A stretch of 64,000 nucleotides of DNA from Cyanobacteria bacterium J06626_4 (GCA_038523235.1 JBCBJQ010000002.1:32001-96000), one strand, 5' to 3'. Positions 48,451 to 59,419 are shown, numbered from the stretch's first letter. The notes: generated by a model not told the origin, from the letters alone. Translations and numbers: made by a program.

Positions 48451-51400
48451 ATGTTCTCCGCCCCCGTCTTCACTTTCGAGAGCCGTTATCACCTGCGTCG
48501 CCCCACCTTTTGGATCATTGCGCTGGTGTTTTTCGCGATCGCCCTGACTGACATGGTGGCTAAGGGCAGCGAAGGTAACGCCTTTTTCTTCGTCAACAGT
48601 CCGCTGCAAATCTTTCAAACGACGATTTGGTACACCATCTTTGGCATTTTGGCCGCCGCGGCGTTTGTGGCCGAAACTTTTGTACGAGACACGCACAATC
48701 GGACAGAAGAACTGATACTGGCGACCCCCATTCGCAAGAGTCGCTATCTGGCTACCCGGTTTTGGGCGGCTTTTGGCATGGCGCTGCTGGCGTTTTCGGC
48801 TTATCTGCCGGGCATGGTGATGGGCAGTTTGATCCCAGGACTGAATCCCTATGCCATCGGGCCGCTGCGACTGGATGCCTATGTGCTCAGCTACGGTTTG
48901 ATTGCGCTCCCTAATCTGTTTTTGGTGTCGGCGATCGCCTTTGGGCTGGCGGCGCGCACCCGCAGTTTAGCTATCACCTACGCGGGCGCGATCGTGCTGG
49001 TCATGTTCTATCTCGCCTCGCTGCTGATGGTCGGGGTCGACGTGATTAACTTTGAGCAGTATCGGCTGTGGGCGCTGGCCGATCCCTTTGGTTTCTACGC
49101 CTTGGAAGAGCAGGCCCTCGCTTGGACGGTGCATCAGTACAACACGCTGATGCCACCCATCAGTGGCACGTTCATCGCCAATCGGCTGCTGTGGCTGGCG
49201 ATCGCCACCGCCATCTGGCTCAGCAGTTACGTGGGCTATTCCCTCCAATTGCCCATCCGTAAAAGGGGCAAATCGGCCTCCGGGCAGCGTTCCCAAGCGC
49301 CCCTCAGGCAACCCTTGCCCAGTGCCGCCGGTACCCCTCAGCAAGGCCGCACAACACGGGGGTACTGGGGCCATGACAGCCAGGGCCAAGGTGAAGAAGT
49401 GCGCTATCTCCGGTGGCGAAGACCGGCGCTCAATCGCCGCGATCGCCTACGCCAATGGTGGCATCGCAGTCGCTTTGAGACGGGCATGATTTTGCAGGGG
49501 CGAGCGTTTTTGCTATTGACGGCGGGGGGATTGATTAGTCTGGTGATGGCCGCCATTGGCAGCCGTTCGTTCAACTATTCCAATCCCAGCACCGATATTC
49601 TGATTCACTCGGCCAATCTCTATTTTGAGTACATTCTGTTCGCCATTATTGTGGTCTATGCTGCCGAGGTGGTGTGGCGCGATCGCACCCTGCGGCTGCA
49701 GTCGGTGATTGATGCGACGCCTGTAACCAATGGTGTCCTACTACTGGCCAAACTGTCGGCACTATTCATGGTGATCACGCTGAATCTGCTGCTGGCGATG
49801 GTAGTGATGATGGCCTATCAGCTCTTGAACGGCTACACCGACTTACAGGTGCCGCTGTATTTGCAGATGTTGTTTTTAGAGCATGGCCCCTACTTTTACA
49901 TCACGGCAGCCTTAGCGCTATTTACTCAGGTTGTGACTCGCCGCAAATACCTGGGGATGGCGCTGGTGGTGTTGATTTCGCTCTCGCACATTCCCCTAGA
50001 TGCACTGGGCTGGTATCACAACCTTTATCGCTTCGCCGCCACCAATGACATCGAATATTCGCCGATGAATGGCTATGGCGGTTTGTTTGTCGGCCACCTC
50101 TGGTATGGGCTGTACTGGAGTCTGTTTGCTGCCGTACTGATGCTGCTGGCGTTCATCCTCTGGCCGCGAGGTTCCGAACAGACTCATCTGGGGCGCGCTT
50201 GGCAACAGGGCTGGCGACAGGCCCACCGCACCGTCAAGCGATCGCTCGCCGCACTGGTGCTGCTCTGGGCTGGGGTCGGCACCTGGATTGGCTACAACAC
50301 GATGGTCGTGAATCCTTATCAGCCTGCCGGTAAAGAAGCAACGGCGGCAGCGATCGAAACCCGCTTTAAGCAGTACGAAAGTTTGCCCATGCCCGTCGTC
50401 ACCGATACGCAGGTGACCATTGAGCTGTATCCCGATCAGCGCTACTTTCAAGCTCAGGGACAATACACCCTAGCCAATCGCACCGACCAGCCCATCCGCG
50501 AAATTCACTTGCTGACGTTCATCAACCTGCAGCTCGGAGAGGTAGCCTATCCCGGTGCGACGCTACGCGAAGCCCATCCGGAGTGGGGCTACTACATTTA
50601 CGACTTGGCCACGCCGCTCATGCCTGGCGAACAGCAGGTGCTGCAGTTTCAGACCGCCACTGCACCCGCTCAAGGCTTTCGCAACCAGGTAGATAGCGAC
50701 GACGTATACATGATCTATCCCAACGACGTCGTCCATAACGGCACCAACCTGTACAGCCCCTTTATGCTGCCGTTTGTCGGCTACACCAAAATGGTGGAAC
50801 ACAAGAAAGCTTGGCTGCGGGCCAATTTGGGATTACCGCCCCTAGAAGACCGCATGCGCCCCCACGACGACCCGACCGGCTTATCCCAGGCCCTGATGCT
50901 GACCCACTTAGGCTGGGGCAGTACGGACGTCACTATTGGCACGGCGGCGGATCAGACTGCCGTCACCGCTGGGCGTTTAGTAGATGAATGGGTGGCGGGC
51001 GATCGCGCCTATTTCCGCTATCAGTCCACGACGCCGACGCGGGGCAAGTTCACTGTTTTCTCGGCCCGCTACGACACCTATCGCACCGAAGACTATCGCG
51101 TGCCCATCGAGATTTATCACCATCCCCAACATGCCGACAATGTCGCGTTAATTGCCGAGCAGGTGGGCGCAGCGCTGACCTTCTACGAAGACACCTTTGG
51201 CCCCTATCCCTTTGAGCAAGTGCGAGTGACGGAGTTTGTCTACTACGACGGCATGGTGTTCTCCGAAGGCGGCACGATAGGCATTCCCGAAGTGCTGGCA
51301 TGGAAGAGTGAGGCCACTGGCGCGGGCCGTGAGTCCCTGGTGGACTGGGTGAGCTACCTGCTAGCCCACGCCTGGTGGGAAGATCAGCTGATCGCTGCCG

Positions 51401-52128
51401 ATGTCGCCGGGGGGATGACTATTCGCGAGGCCCTCAGCGCCTATGCGAGTGAACTCTATCAGCGATCGCAGCGCCCTGCCGAAGCACAACGCCTCGCTAA
51501 GCAGCAGCTCATGCGCGACTATTTTCGCCAATTGGGCAAAATTGACTTCCAAGAACCGCCTCTAGCCGACATCTACAATGAATTGCCCATTGCCCGCCAC
51601 AAAGGCGGCATGGTGTTGGAACTGATCGAACAGCAGATTGGCCAAGCCGCAATGCTCACCGGCATTCGCAACTTCCTCGCGGATCACCGCTACCAAGCTT
51701 CCCCTTACGCCACGGTACTGGACTTGCGAGATGAGATCGCCGCCCAAGCATCCGAGAGCGATCGTCCCCTGATCGACGAGCTGTTTGCCGAGGTCATCAC
51801 CTACCAAGTCGGCATCACCGACGCTACCTACGCGCCCCTTGACAACGGCCAATACCGCGTCCAGCTTAATGTCGAAGCCCACCAGCTCATCACCACTGAC
51901 CTCGGCCAGCAAACCACCGCACCGCTAGAGATGCCCGTCGCGATCGCGCTGCACAACCAAGCCGGTGACGTGATTTACGAAGCCGAGCATGCTCTTGATG
52001 GTGCTGCCAGTACGATTGAGGTGACGGTGAGCGATCGGCCTGCAGTGGCCGCGATCGACGGCGACTACACTCTGCCCTCCTCCTTCCTGCCAGACAACAC
52101 CAAACCTGTCCGCCCCCTCGAAGATTAG
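48451..52128 (+). CDS. ABC-2 permease fused to an M1-aminopeptidase-like domain (degenerate HExxH)
   Basis: Two permease halves (FESRY..RRP; ELILATPI; VIDATPV) then GPYPFEQVRVTEF...AHAWW...EALS; true start likely 48451 because the upstream extension is repeat-derived. Confidence 0.88.
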   Translation: MFSAPVFTFESRYHLRRPTFWIIALVFFAIALTDMVAKGSEGNAFFFVNSPLQIFQTTIWYTIFGILAAAAFVAETFVRDTHNRTEELILATPIRKSRYLATRFWAAFGMALLAFSAYLPGMVMGSLIPGLNPYAIGPLRLDAYVLSYGLIALPNLFLVSAIAFGLAARTRSLAITYAGAIVLVMFYLASLLMVGVDVINFEQYRLWALADPFGFYALEEQALAWTVHQYNTLMPPISGTFIANRLLWLAIATAIWLSSYVGYSLQLPIRKRGKSASGQRSQAPLRQPLPSAAGTPQQGRTTRGYWGHDSQGQGEEVRYLRWRRPALNRRDRLRQWWHRSRFETGMILQGRAFLLLTAGGLISLVMAAIGSRSFNYSNPSTDILIHSANLYFEYILFAIIVVYAAEVVWRDRTLRLQSVIDATPVTNGVLLLAKLSALFMVITLNLLLAMVVMMAYQLLNGYTDLQVPLYLQMLFLEHGPYFYITAALALFTQVVTRRKYLGMALVVLISLSHIPLDALGWYHNLYRFAATNDIEYSPMNGYGGLFVGHLWYGLYWSLFAAVLMLLAFILWPRGSEQTHLGRAWQQGWRQAHRTVKRSLAALVLLWAGVGTWIGYNTMVVNPYQPAGKEATAAAIETRFKQYESLPMPVVTDTQVTIELYPDQRYFQAQGQYTLANRTDQPIREIHLLTFINLQLGEVAYPGATLREAHPEWGYYIYDLATPLMPGEQQVLQFQTATAPAQGFRNQVDSDDVYMIYPNDVVHNGTNLYSPFMLPFVGYTKMVEHKKAWLRANLGLPPLEDRMRPHDDPTGLSQALMLTHLGWGSTDVTIGTAADQTAVTAGRLVDEWVAGDRAYFRYQSTTPTRGKFTVFSARYDTYRTEDYRVPIEIYHHPQHADNVALIAEQVGAALTFYEDTFGPYPFEQVRVTEFVYYDGMVFSEGGTIGIPEVLAWKSEATGAGRESLVDWVSYLLAHAWWEDQLIAADVAGGMTIREALSAYASELYQRSQRPAEAQRLAKQQLMRDYFRQLGKIDFQEPPLADIYNELPIARHKGGMVLELIEQQIGQAAMLTGIRNFLADHRYQASPYATVLDLRDEIAAQASESDRPLIDELFAEVITYQVGITDATYAPLDNGQYRVQLNVEAHQLITTDLGQQTTAPLEMPVAIALHNQAGDVIYEAEHALDGAASTIEVTVSDRPAVAAIDGDYTLPSSFLPDNTKPVRPLED

Positions 52129-52496
52129 ACATTGATTCAAGAGCAAATTGCACCAGTTTCTATTGCTGGCTAACCAATACCTGATATTGCTGCACTGGCT
52201 GCAATTCGACCGATTCGCTCGATCACAGCTGCGTCATTACGGCGTGACTCACCTTAACTTGAGCAGTACAAATGACAGGAATTTTGATTACGTCTGAGCA
52301 AGGTGAGGTGTTTAGGGTGGGCAGGAGCGCTCGCCACCGCTATGTTTAATCAGGATTTGGTAGCGATGCCTGATAGCCTCGACAGGCTCTTAGGCACTCG
52401 CAGTTTGCAGTGGCTGGTCGACCAAAAACAATATGACCTTTGGTTGGTCTGTAGCACCCCTTGGAATCAGGCAGGATTGACAGGTTATCGAGTCTA

Positions 52497-52515
52497 GTTG
52501 AGAATAAATTTCAAT
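52497..52515. promoter_or_regulatory. Fur-box-like site
   Basis: TGAGAAT-A-AATTTCA immediately before the AraC gene. Confidence 0.75.
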
Positions 52516-52516
52516 T

Positions 52517-53539
52517 ATGGAGTCTGTTGATAGGCAGACAATTGGTACTATGACTATCACCCTCTCTCAGCGTGACTATTGGGATTTATTCAGGGCATCT
52601 CAAGCACCTAAAAAAGCCGACCCTCAGAATCCTTTTGAGCTCGTTGCTACCTATCCTACGCAGCTTGGTCAAGGGTCCCATCGCTTCATGCAGCTACGGC
52701 AAGGCGTCACGCTGCAAATTGACCGTTACCAGCCCCACGATGATGTGGAACTGGTTTTGCCCGAGCGATCGCACCCGCTAGAGTATGACTTTTTTCTGTC
52801 TGGCAAAGTGTTTCAGCCCCATGTCGTTACTGGTGGTCAATATGCTCTCTGCGGCAGCGGCACGGCCCCGGCTGAAGTCTGTCGAAAGTCGGCTGATGAG
52901 CTGCTTTTAAAGGTTAATGTTCACATTGAGTCGTCTGCATTAAAAGCGTTTTGGGGTGAGACATTTGACTTCACCAGCGGTGGGTTGGCGCACCTGATTC
53001 GCCCCTGCAATCAGGTTTATTATCAGCACCGTGGCACCACCACAGTGGCGATGCAAACGGCACTGCATCAGATTCTCAACTGTCCCTTTGACGGCGTTAC
53101 TAAAAAAGTCTACTTAGAGAGCAAAGTCTGGGAGCTGATGGCGCTGCTGATTGATCAGGAACAGCTGCGGCAGGATAGTCAACCGCAGCCAAATCCGCTC
53201 AAGTCTGACGATATTGAACGGATTCACCACGCCAGAGAGATTTTGGCTCAGCAACTCGATCACCCGCCTTCGCTACTCGAACTGGCCCGGCAAGTGGGCC
53301 TCAATGACTGTACGCTCAAGCGCGGATTTCGCCAGGTTTTTGGGGAGACTGCTTTTGGCTATTTGCATAACCAGCGAATGGAAACGGCGCGACAGCTTTT
53401 GCTAGCGGGCGAGATCAACGTATCGGAAGCAGCGCGGCAGGTAGGCTTTGCCAATCGCGGCTATTTTGCGGCGTGTTTTCGTAAAAAGTATGGCGTTTCC
53501 CCCCGTGAGTATCTGCGCCAGAGAAAAAATTCCGGCTAA
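52517..53539 (+). CDS. AraC-family transcriptional regulator, PchR type
   Basis: QILNCPFDGVTKKVYLESK; PPSLLELARQVGLNDCTLKRGF; start may be ATG 52550. Confidence 0.93.
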   Translation: MESVDRQTIGTMTITLSQRDYWDLFRASQAPKKADPQNPFELVATYPTQLGQGSHRFMQLRQGVTLQIDRYQPHDDVELVLPERSHPLEYDFFLSGKVFQPHVVTGGQYALCGSGTAPAEVCRKSADELLLKVNVHIESSALKAFWGETFDFTSGGLAHLIRPCNQVYYQHRGTTTVAMQTALHQILNCPFDGVTKKVYLESKVWELMALLIDQEQLRQDSQPQPNPLKSDDIERIHHAREILAQQLDHPPSLLELARQVGLNDCTLKRGFRQVFGETAFGYLHNQRMETARQLLLAGEINVSEAARQVGFANRGYFAACFRKKYGVSPREYLRQRKNSG

Positions 53540-53607
53540 TGATCAAACTATTCCGCGTAGCGCGCATTTGAGGCTATCTCAGTGAAATTACCTCTGATAG
53601 CCTCTTA

Positions 53608-53626
53608 ATCAAGAATCAATCGCAAC
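53608..53626. promoter_or_regulatory. Fur-box-like site upstream of the receptor
   Basis: CAAGAAT-C-AATCGCA. Confidence 0.55.
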
Positions 53627-53649
53627 AAGAGCGCAACGTGTGAGGAAAA

Positions 53650-56373
53650 ATGCTAAATCAACTGCAGTGGCTGCTGGTGGTTACCAGTGTGCTTTCAGTG
53701 GTGTCTTTGCCCGCGATCGCGGTAAAGGCTGAGGATGTTAATAGTCCGGGGGCAGGAGCGTCAGAGTCGCCAGTCGCCCCAGCCGCAGCCATTAATGAGG
53801 CGGTAGTGGCGTTAGACCCATCCCCCACCTTGGTAGAAGCCGTCAATAGTACCGAGTTAGAAGCGTTAGAGTCACCGGTTATTTCGGTGGAAGCTGTTAG
53901 TAGTGCTGCGTCATTAACGACAGACTCCCCGGCCACCACGGTAGAGGAATGGATGACTCAAATCGCGCAGTCTCAGGTAACGATTACGGGGGTGCAGGTC
54001 GAAGAGACGGCAGCGGGTCTGCAAATCGTGGTGGAAACGACAGGCGGCGACCTGACCGCACCAGCGACTCAAGCAGTTGGGGATGCGCTCGTCGTCGAAA
54101 TTCCTAATGCGGTGCTGGATTTACCCGAAGGCGCAGCATTTGAACAGTTCGCCCCAGCAGAGGGTATTGCCCTAGTCAGCGTGACACAGCTGCCCGATGA
54201 CCGCGTGCAGATTTCGATTACGGGTACAGATGCGCCACCCCAGGCCGAGGTCAGCGCCGCCACCGGCAATCTCGTGCTGAGCGTAGTGCCAGGGGTCGCC
54301 ACGGCCACAGAGACAGACGAGGAAGCGATTGAGGTGGTGGTGACTGCGACGCGCACGGAGGAAGACATTCTGGATGTGCCGCGCTCGGTAACGGTGATTA
54401 CCCGCGAAGAGTTTGAGCGCCAGTCTCGAGTGACGCCAAACTTTTATGACACCCTCGGTACCCTCGTGCCCGGTCTCGGACCGCCCAACCAGAGCGATCG
54501 TGTCAATGCCCAAACGCTGAGAGGGCGAGGGTCATTAACCTTGATTGATGGGGTACCGGTCGAATCTAATATTCTGGGGGGCAATGGTTTGAGAGGGCTT
54601 GATCCCAACATTATCGAGCGGGTCGAAGTCGTCCGGGGGCCAACTGGGCTCTATGGTTCCGGAGCCACTGGTGGGGTGATCAACATCATCACTCGTCGCT
54701 CAGAGGAAGCCTCTACGGGGTGGGCCGAAGTCGGCATCTCTGCTGATTTAGGAGAACTGGAAGACGATAGTTTTGCTTATGAGCTGGGCTTCGGGGGCTC
54801 TGGCACAGAAGGTCGTCTTGACTACGTACTCAACTTTTCTGCCCAATTCACCAATCAGTTTTACGACGCTGAGGGGGACGTGATTCCCCAAAGCTTTCCG
54901 ACGTTAGCTGAATCCACCGTTTTGAGTGGATTTGGGCGATTAGGGTTTAATCTGACCGACGAGCAGCGCATCCAACTTTCCGTAAACCACATCAACGATC
55001 GTCGAGATGTAGAAAACTTTACGGATCCGGCTATCCAAGACATTCCCGGCAGGCAAAAAGCTCGAGCCATGGATGTTGGCCTTGACTTTGACGATATCGA
55101 AAGACCGGGCAGTGGGTTAACCAATGTTGATCTGACCTACACTCACAACAACTTGTGGGGCAGTCGTTTACAAGCGCAGGCTTATTACTACAACAGCGAT
55201 GTAAGAGGTGCACCAGATGACCTTCGAGGCGATGCGGTTCTCGATAGTGTCGCCTCGGGTGAATTTGCATCAGAAGCCTACGGAGGACGGCTACAAATCG
55301 AAACGTCCATTGCTCAATCGCTGGAACTCCTCTGGGGCGCGGACTATCGCGACGAACGCAATGAAAGGACTTTTGACATTCTTGATCCCGTTGCTTTCGA
55401 TCAAGGAGTGGCGCGTTTCGTTGAACGACGGACTCAGGTGCCGCCCTATTTTATTGATCAGCTGGGGCTATTTGCCCAACTCCAGTGGGATCTGAGCCCT
55501 AGCTTTACCCTTAGCGGCGGCATTCGTCAGGAGTTTTTGGGCCTCAGTGTTGATGATTACACTAATCTCGCTGGTGATGATTTTGAGGGGGGTGAGGCTG
55601 ACTTCGATGCCACCGTCTTCAATGTCGGGGGAGTTTATCGGGCAACCGATAATCTCAGCATCTTTGCCAGTTTCTCCCAGGGATTTTCGGCTCCATCATT
55701 TTTTGTGCTGGCTTTTCCACCCCCTGGCTTTTCGGTTGACGAAGGATTTGAGGGGCTGGAACCCCAAACGGTTGATAACTACGAAATCGGCTTGCGAGGG
55801 CGATGGGGGAATGTGCAAGCTTCCCTGGCGGGTTTCTATTCTTACTCCGAGCTAGGCACTTTTCTAAGAGCCAGACCTGGATCAGAGGTAGCTGCTAGTG
55901 TGGTTAGAGCGCCACAGCGTAACTATGGCATTGAAGCTGCTCTAGATTGGCAGCCCGCCGAACAATGGCGGCTTGGCGGCACAGTCACATGGAATGAGGG
56001 CGAATCTGATCCAGGCGATGATGGTGAATTTGTCGCCCTCGGAACGTTCAGCGTTCAACCGTGGAAGCTCACGGCTTACGTTGAGAACCAAACCACACCC
56101 ACCTGGAATAACCGCCTACAGTTGCTGTATTCCGGTAATCGCGATCGCGCTTTTGATGATGGAATCGAGGCGTTTCCCATCGAAGACTACATCACCTTCG
56201 ACTGGATTAGCCAGCTTCAGCTTGGTCAAGGGACGCTATCCCTAGCGGTTGAAAACCTACTGGATACTCAGTATTTCCCAGTCTTTGCCCAGGTTTTGTC
56301 TGGGTTTAATGATGCGAATTATCGAGCGGCGCGAGGACGACGCGTCAGTCTCTCCTATTCCATCTCGTTTTAA
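53650..56373 (+). CDS. TonB-dependent siderophore receptor with AMIN domain (IutA/SchT-like)
   Basis: VVTATRTEE, TLRGR...LIDGVP, IERVEVVRGPTGLYGSGATGGVINIIT; C-terminal YSISF. Confidence 0.93.
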   Translation: MLNQLQWLLVVTSVLSVVSLPAIAVKAEDVNSPGAGASESPVAPAAAINEAVVALDPSPTLVEAVNSTELEALESPVISVEAVSSAASLTTDSPATTVEEWMTQIAQSQVTITGVQVEETAAGLQIVVETTGGDLTAPATQAVGDALVVEIPNAVLDLPEGAAFEQFAPAEGIALVSVTQLPDDRVQISITGTDAPPQAEVSAATGNLVLSVVPGVATATETDEEAIEVVVTATRTEEDILDVPRSVTVITREEFERQSRVTPNFYDTLGTLVPGLGPPNQSDRVNAQTLRGRGSLTLIDGVPVESNILGGNGLRGLDPNIIERVEVVRGPTGLYGSGATGGVINIITRRSEEASTGWAEVGISADLGELEDDSFAYELGFGGSGTEGRLDYVLNFSAQFTNQFYDAEGDVIPQSFPTLAESTVLSGFGRLGFNLTDEQRIQLSVNHINDRRDVENFTDPAIQDIPGRQKARAMDVGLDFDDIERPGSGLTNVDLTYTHNNLWGSRLQAQAYYYNSDVRGAPDDLRGDAVLDSVASGEFASEAYGGRLQIETSIAQSLELLWGADYRDERNERTFDILDPVAFDQGVARFVERRTQVPPYFIDQLGLFAQLQWDLSPSFTLSGGIRQEFLGLSVDDYTNLAGDDFEGGEADFDATVFNVGGVYRATDNLSIFASFSQGFSAPSFFVLAFPPPGFSVDEGFEGLEPQTVDNYEIGLRGRWGNVQASLAGFYSYSELGTFLRARPGSEVAASVVRAPQRNYGIEAALDWQPAEQWRLGGTVTWNEGESDPGDDGEFVALGTFSVQPWKLTAYVENQTTPTWNNRLQLLYSGNRDRAFDDGIEAFPIEDYITFDWISQLQLGQGTLSLAVENLLDTQYFPVFAQVLSGFNDANYRAARGRRVSLSYSISF

Positions 56374-56400
56374 TTAACCGGTCAGGAGGGGGCCTCGTCG

Positions 56401-57408
56401 ATGAGCGATCGCACATTTATCAGCCATAGAATGACGCGCCTGCTGCGACAAATGTTATGGGTCGTCCTAGCCTTCATCTTAGTAACGGCTTGTCGGGCTG
56501 ACCACTCCCAAGTCAGTCCGGATGCGAGTCAGACGGCTCCTGCTGCCCCCGTTCGTCTCGTTCAGCACCTGATGGGTGAAACCCAGGTGCCCGTTAATCC
56601 GCAACGGGTGGTGACCCTAGATGCTAATTACTTATCTAATGCCCTGGTATTAGGAATCCAACCCATTGGTTCCACTGCTTGGTCCGATGCTATTCGTCGC
56701 AGCGGATTGGACCCAGTGGAGCCGTACCTCCGCGATCGCGCTCAGGAGTTGACGATTGTTGGGTATGGCCAAGAAGTGAACGTAGAAACAGTCTTACTGT
56801 TGAAGCCCGATCTCATTTTGGGAAATGATACCCACGCAGCAATTTATGAACAGCTAGCGCAAATCGCCCCGACCGCCCTTTTTACCTACTATGACGGCAG
56901 TCGTAACTGGAAAGATGTGCTGAGATTTTCCGCTAGTGTTCTGGGAAAGTCACAAGCTGCCGAAAAGCTGTTGGATGACTATGAACAGCGCACCCAAGAA
57001 TTGAGGCAGAAACTGGACGATCGTGCCTCAATGATTCAGGTCTCTGTCATTACTCCAGGGACTAATGGTGCCCGTCTGATGTACAGAAATTCGCTAAGTG
57101 GCGGCGTCTTAGAAGATGTGGGACTATCTCGACCGCCCGCCCAAGATCAAGAGGGAACGAACGCATTCGTTTCCTTTGAATTGATTCCTCATATGGACGG
57201 GGATGTCATTTTTGTCATCTCTCATATGGATGATGATGGCTTAGATGTGGTCAATCAGTTAAAAAATCAGCCTCTTTGGTCGCAGTTGGCAGCAGTTAAA
57301 CAAGGCAAGGTATATCCAGTGGATGCCCAACATTGGTATGGCACCGATATTGTGAGAGTTAATCTAATCCTAGATGACCTGTTCAAGTATTTACTGGAAG
57401 AGGAATAA
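56401..57408 (+). CDS. Iron-siderophore ABC substrate-binding lipoprotein (FecB/FhuD-like)
   Basis: LVTAC lipobox; HLMGETQVPVNPQRVVTL; LKPDLILG; LAQIAPT. Confidence 0.92.
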   Translation: MSDRTFISHRMTRLLRQMLWVVLAFILVTACRADHSQVSPDASQTAPAAPVRLVQHLMGETQVPVNPQRVVTLDANYLSNALVLGIQPIGSTAWSDAIRRSGLDPVEPYLRDRAQELTIVGYGQEVNVETVLLLKPDLILGNDTHAAIYEQLAQIAPTALFTYYDGSRNWKDVLRFSASVLGKSQAAEKLLDDYEQRTQELRQKLDDRASMIQVSVITPGTNGARLMYRNSLSGGVLEDVGLSRPPAQDQEGTNAFVSFELIPHMDGDVIFVISHMDDDGLDVVNQLKNQPLWSQLAAVKQGKVYPVDAQHWYGTDIVRVNLILDDLFKYLLEEE

Positions 57409-57776
57409 TCTCAATGCAAAATCATATTTTATTAGACCATGAATTTTGCAGTTATATTCAAGCTAAAAATGTCGATCAAGCCAGAAACTTGTGACCTTTT
57501 AGTGCAACGTAAGAGTTCTGTCACGAGACTGAATTCCTATTATCGCGACTAGGCAGAACTGACCCAGTTCGAGCAAATTATTGCACGGAAAATCTGGATG
57601 CACAGTAACCGTCCCACACACATCGCCAGCTGAGCAGATCGGAGCTAAAACCCAGTCAAAGCGTCCCCTAAGCGGAGTCGAAGGGACGCTTACGATGCAC
57701 GAATCGTCAAAAGAAGTGAAACACTGTCTTTTCAATCGCTTGGTCAAAATAGCGTAGCTCTGAAAGGAAAGCTGAC

Positions 57777-58979
57777 ATGGAAATTCGCAAAATCGCACTC
57801 GATGAAAAAGTCGAGTTCTGGGCATTACTTAAATACTGTTTGACGAGTGGATCTAATGACGACCCGATTACCGCGTCAGATGTCAGTTGGATTACTCTGG
57901 ACGAAGCCTTTGCTGTTTTCATTGATGGCACTATTGTCTCAACCTTGAGAAATATCATCTTCAAACAGTCAATCAGAGGGGTGCTCAAAGATATGGGGGG
58001 TATCGCTGCGGTTGCAACGGCTCCTGAATACCGTCGGCAAGGGCATATCAAGGCGCTAATGAAAGCTGCCTTTGAGGATATGAAACAGAAGGGACAAGTG
58101 GTGAGTGCCTTACATCCTTTCAAAGAGAGTTTTTATGCCGCTTATGGCTATGTCACCACTAATACCTGGATTGACGTCAAGATCCCGAGTCATTCGATTG
58201 CTCATTACCTAGATGGAGTCAGGCCATTAGATAGTAATTGGCAGTTTGAAAGAGTCAAAGCCATTGATGTTAAAACTGAGGTTTTGTCATTTGTCACCCA
58301 ACTGAAAACTATTCCACACGGGCTAGTTATCGACCCGGATCGCTCCGATGAAGTTTGGCAAAGCTACCATCGTAATAGTCGAGTTGTCTTTGTTAAAAAA
58401 GATGGCAAAACCCAAGCGATCGCCAAATACACCAAAAAGGGACATCTAGAGACTGGCGAAATCGTGATTCGTGAAATGTATTGGCAAAACCTAGAGGCCA
58501 GAGACAAATTATTTGGATTTTTTGCGCTACATCAAGATGATTGTCCCTATATTTGGATGCGGGTTCCTTTTGGCACTAACTTTCGCGCCTGGCTAAGAGA
58601 CGCAATGACGCCATTTGAGACCAAAATTTATTATCGTCCAATGATGGTGCGAGTCATGGATGTAGAGAAAGCCGTTGAAAGTTTACCAGCACCTGTTGAG
58701 GGTAAAATTAGCTTTACCCTACAAGATAGTTACTGCAACTGGAATGCCGGCGATTATCAACTCATTGCCCAAAGCGGTCAGCTCAAAGCGATCAGGGCAA
58801 AGGACAATTCCAGAAAGATATTAATGAAAATTGAAGGGCTGTCGGCGCTAGTTTACGGTGCTCTTTCTATTCAAGAGGTCGTACATCGAGGCTGGCTGAC
58901 CGGATTAGATGAAAAGACAACAGAAATCCTTGGGCGCTGGTTTCCGACCACACCTGTTTACAATCCCTATTATTTCTAA
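57777..58979 (+). CDS. Eis-like GNAT acetyltransferase (GNAT + SCP2-like C-terminus)
   Basis: MGGIAAVATAPEYRRQG, ALHPFKESFYAAYGY, MVRVMDVEKA, DSYCNWNAG. Confidence 0.88.
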   Translation: MEIRKIALDEKVEFWALLKYCLTSGSNDDPITASDVSWITLDEAFAVFIDGTIVSTLRNIIFKQSIRGVLKDMGGIAAVATAPEYRRQGHIKALMKAAFEDMKQKGQVVSALHPFKESFYAAYGYVTTNTWIDVKIPSHSIAHYLDGVRPLDSNWQFERVKAIDVKTEVLSFVTQLKTIPHGLVIDPDRSDEVWQSYHRNSRVVFVKKDGKTQAIAKYTKKGHLETGEIVIREMYWQNLEARDKLFGFFALHQDDCPYIWMRVPFGTNFRAWLRDAMTPFETKIYYRPMMVRVMDVEKAVESLPAPVEGKISFTLQDSYCNWNAGDYQLIAQSGQLKAIRAKDNSRKILMKIEGLSALVYGALSIQEVVHRGWLTGLDEKTTEILGRWFPTTPVYNPYYF

Positions 58980-59222
58980 ATTTAGTAAGGAAGATCATAA
59001 TCTGACGTTATTCTAGTCCATCCCTTTTTGGCCCATAATTATCGCAGCTCATCAAGGATTGTATTTTGCGTGGCACTTTCAGTATACGTAGTAGACGCTT
59101 GATAGACACCTGGTCTACTGCCCAAAATCCTCTATCTATAAGCCCTTCAAGCATTTCGGTAGAGGTAGTCCTCAACAGGTAAGGATATATGACAAATAAC
59201 GCGTTACTCGACAACAGAAAAA

Positions 59223-59296
<74 letters not shown>

Positions 59297-59419
59297 ATGT
59301 GGTCATCACATACCCTAACATAGCCGCGCGATCGCATCCATCCATTCCACCAATTTTGATGCGCCCTCTCCAACCCAGACGTAACAGGATAGGGTGAGAG
59401 GCGAATTCATCCCACCGCC

